Both the position numbers and the translations under genes were made by a program. The notes under the pieces are model-generated. The model did not search any database, had not been told where the DNA came from, and saw only the letters and a program-made list of their open reading frames with translations. Positions 25,722 through 35,527 of a stretch of DNA of 59,341 nt are shown one piece after another. This DNA is from Neovahlkampfia damariscottae (lineage: Eukaryota): contig JABLTG010000038.1 in NCBI GenBank assembly GCA_016618085.1, positions 62,001 through 121,341 on the forward strand, in the 5' to 3' direction. Position 1 is the stretch's first letter. Every line of letters begins with the position of its first letter.

Positions 25722-27157
25722 ATGAGTCAACCGTTTGACAAAACCAAGTTCACTGTTCACTTTGACTCAGTATTCACAAACAAGAAAATGGGCAATGCCT
25801 TCAAAGACTTCTTAGCTACAGAACACAATTTGGACGCTTTCAATTTCTTACAAGCCGTCAGAACTTTGGAAACTGTCACAGACACAAAAGAAAAAGTTAA
25901 GCTGACCAAAGATATCATCACAAACTTTGTGGAAGTAGGCTCAAAAGAGGAAATCAACGTCTCAGGAGAACTAAGAACTGCAACATTAAGAACCTACAAA
26001 AAACAAGAAAACTTTCACGACAAATGGGTACTTGAAGTAACTCCAAAAGAGCTTTTATCTGATTGCTATAAACTTGTATTGAACATTTTATCACATGATT
26101 CCTTCAAAAGATTTGTCAGAACTGCTGAATGTGAAGCTGTCATGAAACTTTACAAACACGATAGTACAGTAATTTCTCCGCTTCTTACCACGTTATTCGG
26201 ATATGATGATGAATATTTCAAACATCAACATTTCAGAGACAGAGATATTGACTTCTTCTTATCATTATTTCAAGACAGTTACAATTGGAAAGTAAGTGCA
26301 TTTTTTCTAAAAAAAAAAAGTTAATTGGCTCAAAAGCTGAAGACAATATGAACGCTTATGTATCACAAACAAACTACTTACCTGATGTATCATTCTCTAA
26401 GAAGTTGAAAATTTCAAAATTCGAATGCGTCCTTCCTTGCACCTTTGATCAAGCTTTACTCAGTTATTTTGATAATGAACAACTTTTCAAATCCGATCCA
26501 AATTGCAAGAAATACGAAACAATTAACTATTACAATTACGAAGAATTATTGCAAATCCACAAACACAACAACGATGAAGATGAAATCAAGAAATACAAAA
26601 GAGAAGCTACTGTTAGTACAATGGTGATGAAGTTACCATATCCACTCAACAAACGAGTTGCAAATTATGCAATGACATGCTATTACGATCCAAAGACTGA
26701 AGAATTCATGAGAATTGGAAAGACATTCTTAAAAGATGGAAAATTTGGTTCAAAAGACACTAAAGACGTCTATTCAACAAAAGGTTCAGATTCAAAGGAA
26801 AAAGCTTATTCTTTATTTCTTTTCTCTGCTGGATTATACAAAAAAATCGACAAAAATCGTGTCTTCTATCAAGAAGTAAATGCAATGGATTTAGCTGGTT
26901 GGTTTTCATCTGCAATAGTCTTCAAAGGTATCACAATGGATCGTAAAGATAAATTTAGAGATCAAATGTTAAACTTGGCTTTAGAATTTCCTAAAGATAC
27001 AAAAATTTCTGACCACAAAGAAAGATTATTTAGATTAATTGATGGAAGACCAAATGGACTTGGAATGCTTCTTATCAATACCATTGAACTTGGTAAAGGA
27101 ACAATTGAAGAAAAACTTCATGATAAAAAAGAAAAATTAGTTTCTGTTCAAGAATAA
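25722..27157 (+). CDS. RGS-START-like protein, copy 4
   Basis: Paralog; intron 26292-26320. Confidence 0.8.
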
Positions 27158-27203
27158 AAATTCATCATTTGTAGTCATTTTTTTTCAACCAATAGAATTC
27201 GTT

Positions 27204-28541
27204 ATGAAAAGCTTCAAAAAATTCAATGTGCAAAACTTAAAACTGTTGAAAATAAACCAACTCCATAAAATCAAACAAATACAAATTGGTATCCGAAGGA
27301 ATCACAAAAAAATTGAAAATGAGAATGAAAAACAAATTGTGTTAAAAAAAATCGAAAATCATGAAAAACCAAAATCTGTTGAAAAAGAAAGTATAGGTCA
27401 TAAAGCTGTTTTGGCCTCTTTAAAAGGAAATTTTTTCATACTCAGTAATTCTTTTCTTATTCATTTTTCAAAAAAAAGCCATTAAATTATTTGCTTATAT
27501 TTCCTCAGGTTCTGCTGCAATGTTGGCTGAAACATTTCACTCACTCTTGGTATATTAATTTTATGTTTAATTTTTTTTTTAAAGGATTTAGTGAATCAAG
27601 GTTTATTGTTTATTGGATTACGTCAAGCATCAAACTCTCCTGACGCAAAACACCAATATGGTTACGGAAAAGCATCTTATTTTTGGACTTTAGTTTCGGC
27701 TATGGGTATTTTTTGGATTGGTTGTATAGGTTGTACTTATAACGCAATTCGTAAAAACAAAAAAATTTAAAATTTTGTAGATCAAATTTTTGTTGATCCA
27801 AGCGAGCCACATTTTACATGGATAACAGGAGCTGTATTATTTACATCTTTTGTTGTTGATTTTTCAGTTTTTTCAAGCGTCATAAAAGGACTTATCAAAG
27901 AAAAACCAAAAGACGTAACACTATGGAAATATTTATTGAATATTAAAGATCCAATGGTTTTAGCTGTTTTATTAGAAGATATAGCAGCAACTCTTGGTGT
28001 CATAATAGCAAGTGTAGGTATTGGTTTAGCTCTATTTACTGGTTACAATGTATTTGATGGAATTGCTTCTTTAATTATTGGAGTATTATTAGGTGCAGTA
28101 GCTTGGACTCTAGTCATGATGAATAAGAGGTTTTTAATAGGTCAATCTGTTGATTTACATATCCAGAAAGGGATAAATCAAATAATCACTTCAAGACCTT
28201 CTGTAGAAGGTATTTTTAGCGTTCAAACTCAGTGGTATGGACCAAATCAATTTTTGTATAAAGCAGAAGTAGATTTTAATGGAATTTATCTTTCTCTTCA
28301 ATTGAGAAATCTTGGTTATGAAGATTTATTACTGAACCAAAATAAGAAAAATGAAATTGCAAATATTTTAGGTATTTTCTCTGAAGATATTATGAGAGTT
28401 ATAGAAGCTGAAATTCGTTCAATTGAAGCTGAAATTAAAAAGAAATATCCAGAAGCTGGGTTTATTGAAATTGAACCTTTCTCAAAAAATGCAGAAGAAT
28501 TCGAAATTCGAAAATACAAAAATAAAAATTTTGATTATTAA
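27204..28541 (+). CDS. Cation diffusion facilitator, ZnT9/MTP7-like, spliced
   Basis: SAAMLAETFHSL, HQYGYGKASYFWTLVSA, DPMVLAVLLED, NKRFLIGQS, YKAEVDFNG. Confidence 0.88.
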
Positions 28542-29685
28542 TAATCTGAATCTGAGGACATACCAAATTCATCATCTGAATCAGATAAATCTTTATCATT
28601 TCCAATTGTTTTAATAACTTTGAGAAATAATTTATAAAAATGAAAATATGTTAAGGAATCATCAATGAAATCACTATAGTATAAATTTAAAATTTGACGA
28701 TATTTTAAATCTAATTCTTCTTCATTTTTTGACCCTTTATATCTATCATTTAAAAATTCAAGTATTTCCTCTCTTTCAAGATAACCTGATTGGTCCTTAT
28801 CATAATAATTAAAAGCGACATTATAAAAAGCAACTAATAATGATTTTCCTTCTTCTTCTTCTAATTTGTTTAAGATTTCCATTTCTTCTTCTTCATTGTT
28901 AGGTTTCTCATCAAAGAATTTTAATATTGGATTTTTTAACAAATCAAAATCATCCATTGAATGAATTGCCTTTTTTGCATTTGAGATATTTATCAAAATA
29001 TTCTTTTCTTTTTCGACTTTTAAATCTTTTAACAAATCATCCAATCTTTCAATTGAAGTTTCTTTTTTATTTTCTAGTTCAAATAAAATCTCTTCTTGAA
29101 ATTCAGCTGTATCAGAATTTAATGTTGAATGATAAAAATTATCAAATTGTTCAAAACTGATTTTCTTTTTATTTGCAGAAATTCTTTGAAATGCGATTTC
29201 TAAAAAACCTTCTTTCAACCAAAAACCATCATTTTCAAATTGTATATTCTGAAATAATCTCTTTAATTCATCTTTTGAAATCAAACCATCACCTGTCTAA
29301 ATTTGGAAATTTCGTTTTTTTTTTTTTACTTGGTCATAATAATCAAACATAGCTTCACTTATTTTATTTTGAAGTAAGTTTGTGTTTTCTAAAAGTGAAT
29401 CTTTAAATTGTTCAAAATTATCCAACGGTAATTTTTTATTGATAAATGCAGCAAGTGCTCTTGATTTCCCTGGTAAACTTTTTTTTTTAATTTTTAAACT
29501 TCTTACGAAATATCATCTTTAATGGTTAATGCTATGAAGTCAACTTTCTTTTTTGCGGAGAATGCATTTTTAAATTTGATTTCCAGAGCAATACATAAAT
29601 ATTTCAAGTTTAAAGCTTTTAGACCAAAGCGAAAATCTTCATTTTCATCTTCTTCTTTGAACACTTCTTTTTCATCTTCAAACAT
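28538..29685 (-). CDS. EF-hand calcium-binding protein, spliced
   Basis: EF loops FDYYDQ|..GDGLISKDEL and YDKDQSGYLEREEI; introns near 29300-29330 and 29475-29506. Confidence 0.7.
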
Positions 29686-29767
29686 TTGTTAATTTTTTTT
29701 AACCAATAATAATGAGTTTTGATATTCTCCAATCAAATTGTTTTCTTTTTCAACTTTGTTTTCAATA

Positions 29768-30925
29768 ATGAGACCATCAAGAAGACAACAAAAAGTACCT
29801 GAGTTTTTAAATCAAACACCTTGGTATTCAAATTCAAATATAGAACCTGATGAAGGACAAGAAAAAAAAAAAGAAAAAAAATGGTATCAAAGAGGAGTCA
29901 AAGGTGAAACAGCAACAACCTATAGAAAAGGAGCATGTACAAATTGTGGAGCAATGACACATAAAACAAAAGATTGTATGGAAAGACCAAGAAAAAGAGG
30001 AGCAAAACTGACAGGAAAAGATATTAAACCAGATGAAATTATAACAGATGTTGGTGAATTGACTTATGAAGAAAAAAGAGATGCCTGGAATGGTTATGAA
30101 GTAGAAAATTATGATGAAGTTTATAAATCATTTGAAGAAGATGATTTAGAAAAACGAAAACAAAAAGTTGAAGTTTTAGAAAAAAAATTCATGACAGAAC
30201 CAGATCCAGAACAAAAAAGATTTCCAACAGATTCATTATTGGATAATTCAAAAACAACAGAAGAAGCTGAAAAAAAGATCAATTTAAGAGGTTTAAGAAA
30301 TAGAGAAGATACAGCAAAGTATTTGTTGAATTTAGATCCTGAATCAGCTGAATATGATCCAAAAACAAGATCAATGAGAGGTAATCCATTACCTGATGAT
30401 CCAACAAGTGAATTTCAAGGAGATGGAAGAGCATCAAGAGAAGGTTTTTACAATGAATTTAAAACAATTCAAAAATTTGCATGGGAATCAACAGAAGAAG
30501 GAAAAAACGTTATTTTACAAGCTTCTCCTTCTCAAGCTGAACAATTGCATCGTGAATTTATGGACAAGAAAAAAAAAATGGAAATTGAAAAACTGAAAAA
30601 ATTGAATGAAAAATATGGTTTAGAAGAAACTAAAGAATTACCAAAGGAGTTGGCTGTAGGCCAAACCGAATTGTATTTTGAATATTCTGGTGGTGGTGAT
30701 GTGGTTGGTGGAAAAAAAATGATCATGCCAAAATCAGTTTTTGAAGAAGATGTTTTTCCAAATGGACATTCATCAGTTTGGGGATCCTTTTATAAAAAAG
30801 GTGAATGGGGTTATAGTTGTTGTCATCAATTGGAATATGATTCTGTTTGTAGTTTTGATAATAAAAAAAGAAAAATTATTGAAGATGTTCCAGTTGAAGA
30901 ATTAAAAAAACAAAAACAGGAATAA
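29768..30925 (+). CDS. SLU7: Pre-mRNA splicing factor SLU7
   Basis: YRKGACTNCGAMTHKTKDCMERPR zinc knuckle, LRNREDTAKYLLNLD, YDPKTRSMR, HSSVWGS...WGYSCCH. Confidence 0.96.
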   Translation: MRPSRRQQKVPEFLNQTPWYSNSNIEPDEGQEKKKEKKWYQRGVKGETATTYRKGACTNCGAMTHKTKDCMERPRKRGAKLTGKDIKPDEIITDVGELTYEEKRDAWNGYEVENYDEVYKSFEEDDLEKRKQKVEVLEKKFMTEPDPEQKRFPTDSLLDNSKTTEEAEKKINLRGLRNREDTAKYLLNLDPESAEYDPKTRSMRGNPLPDDPTSEFQGDGRASREGFYNEFKTIQKFAWESTEEGKNVILQASPSQAEQLHREFMDKKKKMEIEKLKKLNEKYGLEETKELPKELAVGQTELYFEYSGGGDVVGGKKMIMPKSVFEEDVFPNGHSSVWGSFYKKGEWGYSCCHQLEYDSVCSFDNKKRKIIEDVPVEELKKQKQE

Positions 30926-30977
30926 AATAGTTTTGTTAAAAAATGTGAATATTTGTTTTTTTTGAAAGAATTTGAGT

Positions 30978-31090
30978 TCACTTCCTCGGCCAAGTCAATG
31001 AAATTATCTAGAAAATTGATCCTTTGATGGGAGTTGGAGTTTGGTATTTGTAGCTTTCGATGGAAGTAATTTTTTGAGTTCGACCCATAG
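30978..31090 (+). ncRNA. Candidate Sm-site small RNA (unassigned)
   Basis: ACTTCCTCG pairs with CGA(T)GGAAGT, enclosing three short hairpins; immediately followed by AATTTTTTG and a TTCG-containing segment. Confidence 0.3.
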
Positions 31091-31105
31091 TGTTATAAGA
31101 AATTT

Positions 31106-31939
31106 TTATTTGCTTCCAATTCCAATTAAAGCTTTTGTGACAAATTTCAAACTTTTACCATCTTCAGAAACATATTTTTCCAATAATTCTTCTTTGAATT
31201 TCTCCACAAAATTCTTAACTTCATCATCACTCTTTCCGTTCAACATTTGTTGATACATTGGATTTGAAATTGCTTCAGTGATGAATTTATCAATATCATT
31301 AACATCATGCAATGTTACATTTTCATCATCAATTAATTGAATATCTTTAAATCCAGCATCTGTCATTTCTTGAACCAAAGTTTCTTTATCTTTCAATGGT
31401 TTGAAGTTAAAATCACCCATGGATAAACCTGATCTTTTAACAGTTCCAAAACAAGCTGCTCCAAATTCATTATATGTCCAAAGTGACAAAGCTACTTTTC
31501 CTCCCACTTTCAAAACTCGATACATTTCATTGATGGATTTTTTTCTTTCTGGAAATAAAAAGAATGCAAACATTGAGAAAATATAATCAAATTCTTCATC
31601 TTTGAATTCTAATTTTGCACCATCCATCACAAGACATTCAATTTTGTCTGGAAATTCTTTTGCTTTTTCAGTAGCTATTTTAATCATTCCTGATGAGAAA
31701 TCTGTCGTGAAGAATTTTAATTTTGAATTATTGAGTTTTGAAATTCTTGAAACTTCAAGACCTAATTCACCTGTTGCTGCGCCAATGTCAAGAATTTTTA
31801 AATCTTTTTTGTTTTCAATATCTGATTTAGCCCCACTTTGTTCGATTGAAGTTGAAGCAAAATGAAAAGTAATTGGTGTAGCAGTTGCTTCATAATCTTT
31901 GGCTGTGCTATCCCATGCATTTGCTTCGTGCAACTTCAT
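31106..31939 (-). CDS. Class I SAM-dependent methyltransferase
   Basis: ILDIGAATG, DFSSGMI, MDGAKLEFKDEEFD, EMYRVLKVGG. Confidence 0.92.
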   Translation of the reverse strand: MKLHEANAWDSTAKDYEATATPITFHFASTSIEQSGAKSDIENKKDLKILDIGAATGELGLEVSRISKLNNSKLKFFTTDFSSGMIKIATEKAKEFPDKIECLVMDGAKLEFKDEEFDYIFSMFAFFLFPERKKSINEMYRVLKVGGKVALSLWTYNEFGAACFGTVKRSGLSMGDFNFKPLKDKETLVQEMTDAGFKDIQLIDDENVTLHDVNDIDKFITEAISNPMYQQMLNGKSDDEVKNFVEKFKEELLEKYVSEDGKSLKFVTKALIGIGSK

Positions 31940-32101
31940 TTTTTTTTTGATTGGTTAATAACTCCGACGATATTCTATTGGTTAAATTTTTTTTATTTTT
32001 AGGATGTTTCATTGATGGAATTATTTTTCATGTTAAATTCCAGCAGTTGTAGTTCTAAGTCTTGGCCAATCAAAAAATTTTTATCATCCGACAAAACGTA
32101 C

Positions 32102-32524
32102 ATGTTTGTTCTCAATGAAAAAACAATTTTGAAAACTCTAATTGTGATATGTATTGTCTTAATAACTTTCCTTTTAGCAGAATTTTTATCAAGAAAAAAA
32201 GAAATATCCACATCAAATTTAACACACTCAAAAAATGTAATTCAACATTTTTGTGTTTTTAAACTGAAAAATTTGACAATGGCCCAACAACAAAATATTG
32301 ATGAAGAATTAAATAATTATATTTCTCAAATAGCTTGGATACAAAAATGGAGTTACGGTGAAAATTTAATTCGAAAAAACGAATATGTTTTGCGAATTGA
32401 ATTTGATACAGTTTCTGAAGTTGAAGCTTATCATACTCATCCTGCTCATAAAAAATTTGTTTCTTTTGTGAAACAGTTTTATTCTAAACCACACATTTGT
32501 ATGGATTGGAAAATAATTTATTAA
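32102..32524 (+). CDS. Dabb (stress-responsive A/B barrel) protein with N-terminal TM helix
   Basis: IQHFCVFKLK...GEN...IEFDT...YHTHPAHKKFV...MDW. Confidence 0.8.
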   Translation: MFVLNEKTILKTLIVICIVLITFLLAEFLSRKKEISTSNLTHSKNVIQHFCVFKLKNLTMAQQQNIDEELNNYISQIAWIQKWSYGENLIRKNEYVLRIEFDTVSEVEAYHTHPAHKKFVSFVKQFYSKPHICMDWKIIY

Positions 32525-32994
32525 TTCAGAGGAGTTGTTCAGAAAGAAGAAATCGCTTTTAAAAGAATGATAGGTGAATCAATGGAAGACCACTTGCAAT
32601 TTTGATTTAAAAAACGTCATTAAATTTTGCAGTATTACATTTTGAAGTTCATTCAATAAATGCAAAACGATTGATTAAAGTTTATTATTAGACTAACTTC
32701 CAATTGGTCGTCTCTTACGAATAAACATGGACTGAACAGTTGAAATGATATGGTTATCATGGATGAGTTGTATTTTATCATAAAGCAGGATGTTATTTAA
32801 TGTCAATGGCGTTTTATCATCATACATGGTGTTTATTCTTGTTAAGTAGTGTTTTATGATAAAGTACATGAAAAGTGGTGTTACTGGATACAAGTGATGT
32901 TAATCATAAAACATCTCCAACTATCTTAAACTCCATGATTTATGATAAAACAAGACACTTTATAAAATAAAAAAAATGATCCATAAAAAGGAGT

Positions 32995-33363
32995 TTATTC
33001 TTGAGTTCTTCTGTTCTTTTGATTGTACTTATCATTTCTTTCCTTTTGTTTCCTCTTTTTTGAAATACCTTCTTGACCATAGCTATCGAGAACGCCCTTG
33101 TAATAAATTCCGTCCTCATTTCTCAACGGATACTTGATGATGTGATAATTAGTGAGAGCTGAACAAATTTGAAAGATGGTGTAAATTTCATCCCATTTGA
33201 ACTTTACTTCCATAATCTTAAAAAGTTTCTTCATTCTTCCATAGAAATTCTCACAAATGATGCGATTCTTGGCAATCTTTTTGTTTCTTGTTTGGTCTTC
33301 TCTTGAGAGTGTCTTTCCTTTATTTGGGAGAATAGCTCGAATTAATTCTACTGCTCCTTGATA
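32995..33363 (-). pseudogene. DDE_Tnp_4 (PIF/Harbinger/ISL2EU-like) transposase, C-terminal fragment
   Basis: YQGAVELIRAILPNKG...NKKIAKNRIICENFYGRMKKLF...FQICSALTNYH...PLRNED; in-frame stop just upstream, so the N-terminal part is missing. Confidence 0.78.
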
Positions 33364-33390
33364 ATTTTCATTTTTTTACTTGGTTTTTGG

Positions 33391-33819
33391 TCAATCGTGT
33401 CCTGTATTGGTGTTTTCTTTAATTTTGAAGTTTTTTTTATCCCATTTACGAGGAGGATATAAAATCCGGGGAGATTCCCAAAATTTATGCAAGTTAATTT
33501 TGTCAGATTCCACCATGGTGACATCTTGGCAGTAGTAAGGGAGTTTCTCTTCAAAGTTGTATATTCTATAAGGAAGTTTTCTTTTGAGAGTTTTAATTAA
33601 ACCTACTTGTGACGAAATTTCTTTAAGTATAGACGAATTTTCGTAATTTGCACCAAGCATTATTTTTGCATCCATGATTAATACTTGAGGAGTTTTCCAC
33701 TCTTGTTTTTTAAGAGGTTTGTTATTTTTTTTTGTTTGATGTTCAAATATTTGAAGCTCATATTCTTCAGGCAATTCTTCTTGAACACTGTTTTTTGTCA
33801 AAACACTTTTTTTTTTCAA
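33391..33819 (-). pseudogene. Cargo ORF, weakly integrase-like (PQVLIMD...IKTLKRKL)
   Basis: 142-aa open frame without ATG inside the element; motif resemblance only. Confidence 0.3.
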
Positions 33820-34346
33820 TTTTATCTCTATACATTCTCTGCAATAAGTGATTCATTCAAACGAAGAAAACGACAAACTTCAAGAATTAGTTAATGGTGA
33901 ATCTGAACACTGAGTTCTCCTCTATTTTTGTATTTTCAGTGACCAAGCAATTGAATATGACTTTGAAGAAACTGCTGAATTAAAAGACTTGATTGAGGAC
34001 GTAGAACATATCCTCAGAAGAAGAAAACTCCAAAGAACTTTTTCATAAACTAGACTCTGAAAAATGTCCTAAAAAGTTAGTACTTTGGGAAATATCCAAA
34101 ATTGCTCTTAAATATATTCAAAAAACTAAGAAAATTGAAGATGTATGACTAAAAAATGTTAATCTTTCAACATTTCAATTTAAAAACGTAAGAAGTCTTC
34201 AAGCAGTAGATCAAAAATTATATATCAAAAAATTTTCTCATATTTCCCAATTCTTAGATGGTGAATATAGTAAAAATACTACATACCAATCAACTATACA
34301 AAAAGAAGTAAATTTAAATGATGAAAAAAAAGATTCAAATTCATCC

Positions 34347-34718
34347 ATGGATATTATTAAAGATTTAGAGGCTCAAAGGGATGATGAAAGTGTAGAAGAA
34401 GATATTTCAGAAGAATCTGAGATTTTATATGTACCAAAAATACTCCGACATCTCAATGGTGTGTTTTCTTATTACGGAAGAATCAAATGGCTTATTTTTG
34501 ATAAAGGAAGTAACTTTTCAAAGAAAAGCAAAAAAATTCTCGAAGAAATTGGGTGGAAACATATTATGAAAGATGTTTATGAATCTCTGATAATATTATC
34601 GTTTGGAGAAAACACACATGAGCTTGAAAAGGTAATCAAATTAATTCAAGAAGACATAAATAGCAACGTTGAAATTGTGGCAACATATGGTAATATCCCT
34701 GGAATTACCATTAAATAA
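34347..34718 (+). pseudogene. Cargo ORF with rve-integrase-like segment
   Basis: FSYYGRIKWLIFDKGSNFSKK...LEEIGWKH resembles the integrase core motif F..yG.P..i.sD.GsnF....l...Gi.H. Confidence 0.4.
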
Positions 34719-34719
34719 A

Positions 34720-35221
34720 TTATATTGGTTTTATTATGGGCGTTTTTCCAGTAAATAATTTTTTTCCTTTGGACTCTTTACTTCCATGATCACCTTGGTC
34801 ATAACAAGCCCAATGATGATATTCCTTTTCAACTGAATCAAAAGCAGCATGTAACTTGTCAAGTTTTTCATTATAGGCATCCTTTTGAGTACTGTCAAAG
34901 TATTCATAAAAATTATATTTGGCGTCATCAATCTTTTCTAATATACTCCATCTGTAAATTTTTCTTTCCATGATGATGTTTTACCTTTCTTGTAGCTGTC
35001 ACTAGAGAACCCAAGAATAATTACAAAGTACCAATTCCACAACCATTTTTTTCTAAGACCTGAGGTCTCAACATAATTCAATAAGTAATGCCATTTTTTC
35101 CTAATTTCTTCAATCTTTCCTTGCTTTTTTTGGTCAGTGCTAAGAGTTTTCACCAAAGTCTCTATTTTAGGCTCTGTTTCTGTCTTTTTCTTCTTTGGTT
35201 TTTCTTTCTTTTTTTCACCAT
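34720..35221 (-). pseudogene. Frameshifted cargo ORF of unknown function
   Basis: CCAATG start at ~35221, then overlapping ORF pieces 34938-35156 and 34720-34971. Confidence 0.35.
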
Positions 35222-35527
35222 TGGAATTTTAAAAAAAACCAATAAAAACTTCTTAAAATTGACCAATCCGGTTATTTTATCCAAAGTTAACTTTATTTTA
35301 GAAATAAATTTTATTCAAACAAGAATTTTTCCTTAGAAAACGACATTTTTAGTTTTTAACCTCCAACATATTGATAGCTATCCGGCGTCTTATTTCTTGG
35401 CATAATACAACATTTTGTGCAATTGGTATCATCATAAAATATAATACTTGAGATATAACCGCAGTATTCCAACCCAACAACCCATGTTTATTCATAAGAG
35501 ACAACCAATTGGATGTAAGTCGATATA

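Larger units (their letters stand above)
32689..35523. mobile_element. Degenerate TIR DNA transposon with cargo fragments
   Basis: 32691-32730 and reverse complement of 35482-35521 match at 36/40 nt, with gap-free degenerate similarity to ~90 bp; flanking TAT...TAT; contains a transposase remnant. Confidence 0.8.

Noticed and set aside
20172..25957. Four similar minus-strand ORFs ending FLFVNTESK
   Set aside because: Antisense shadows of the conserved RGS exons
32689..35523. Endogenous virus or Polinton
   Set aside because: No capsid, packaging ATPase, polymerase or protease motifs, no 6-bp TSD, and too short
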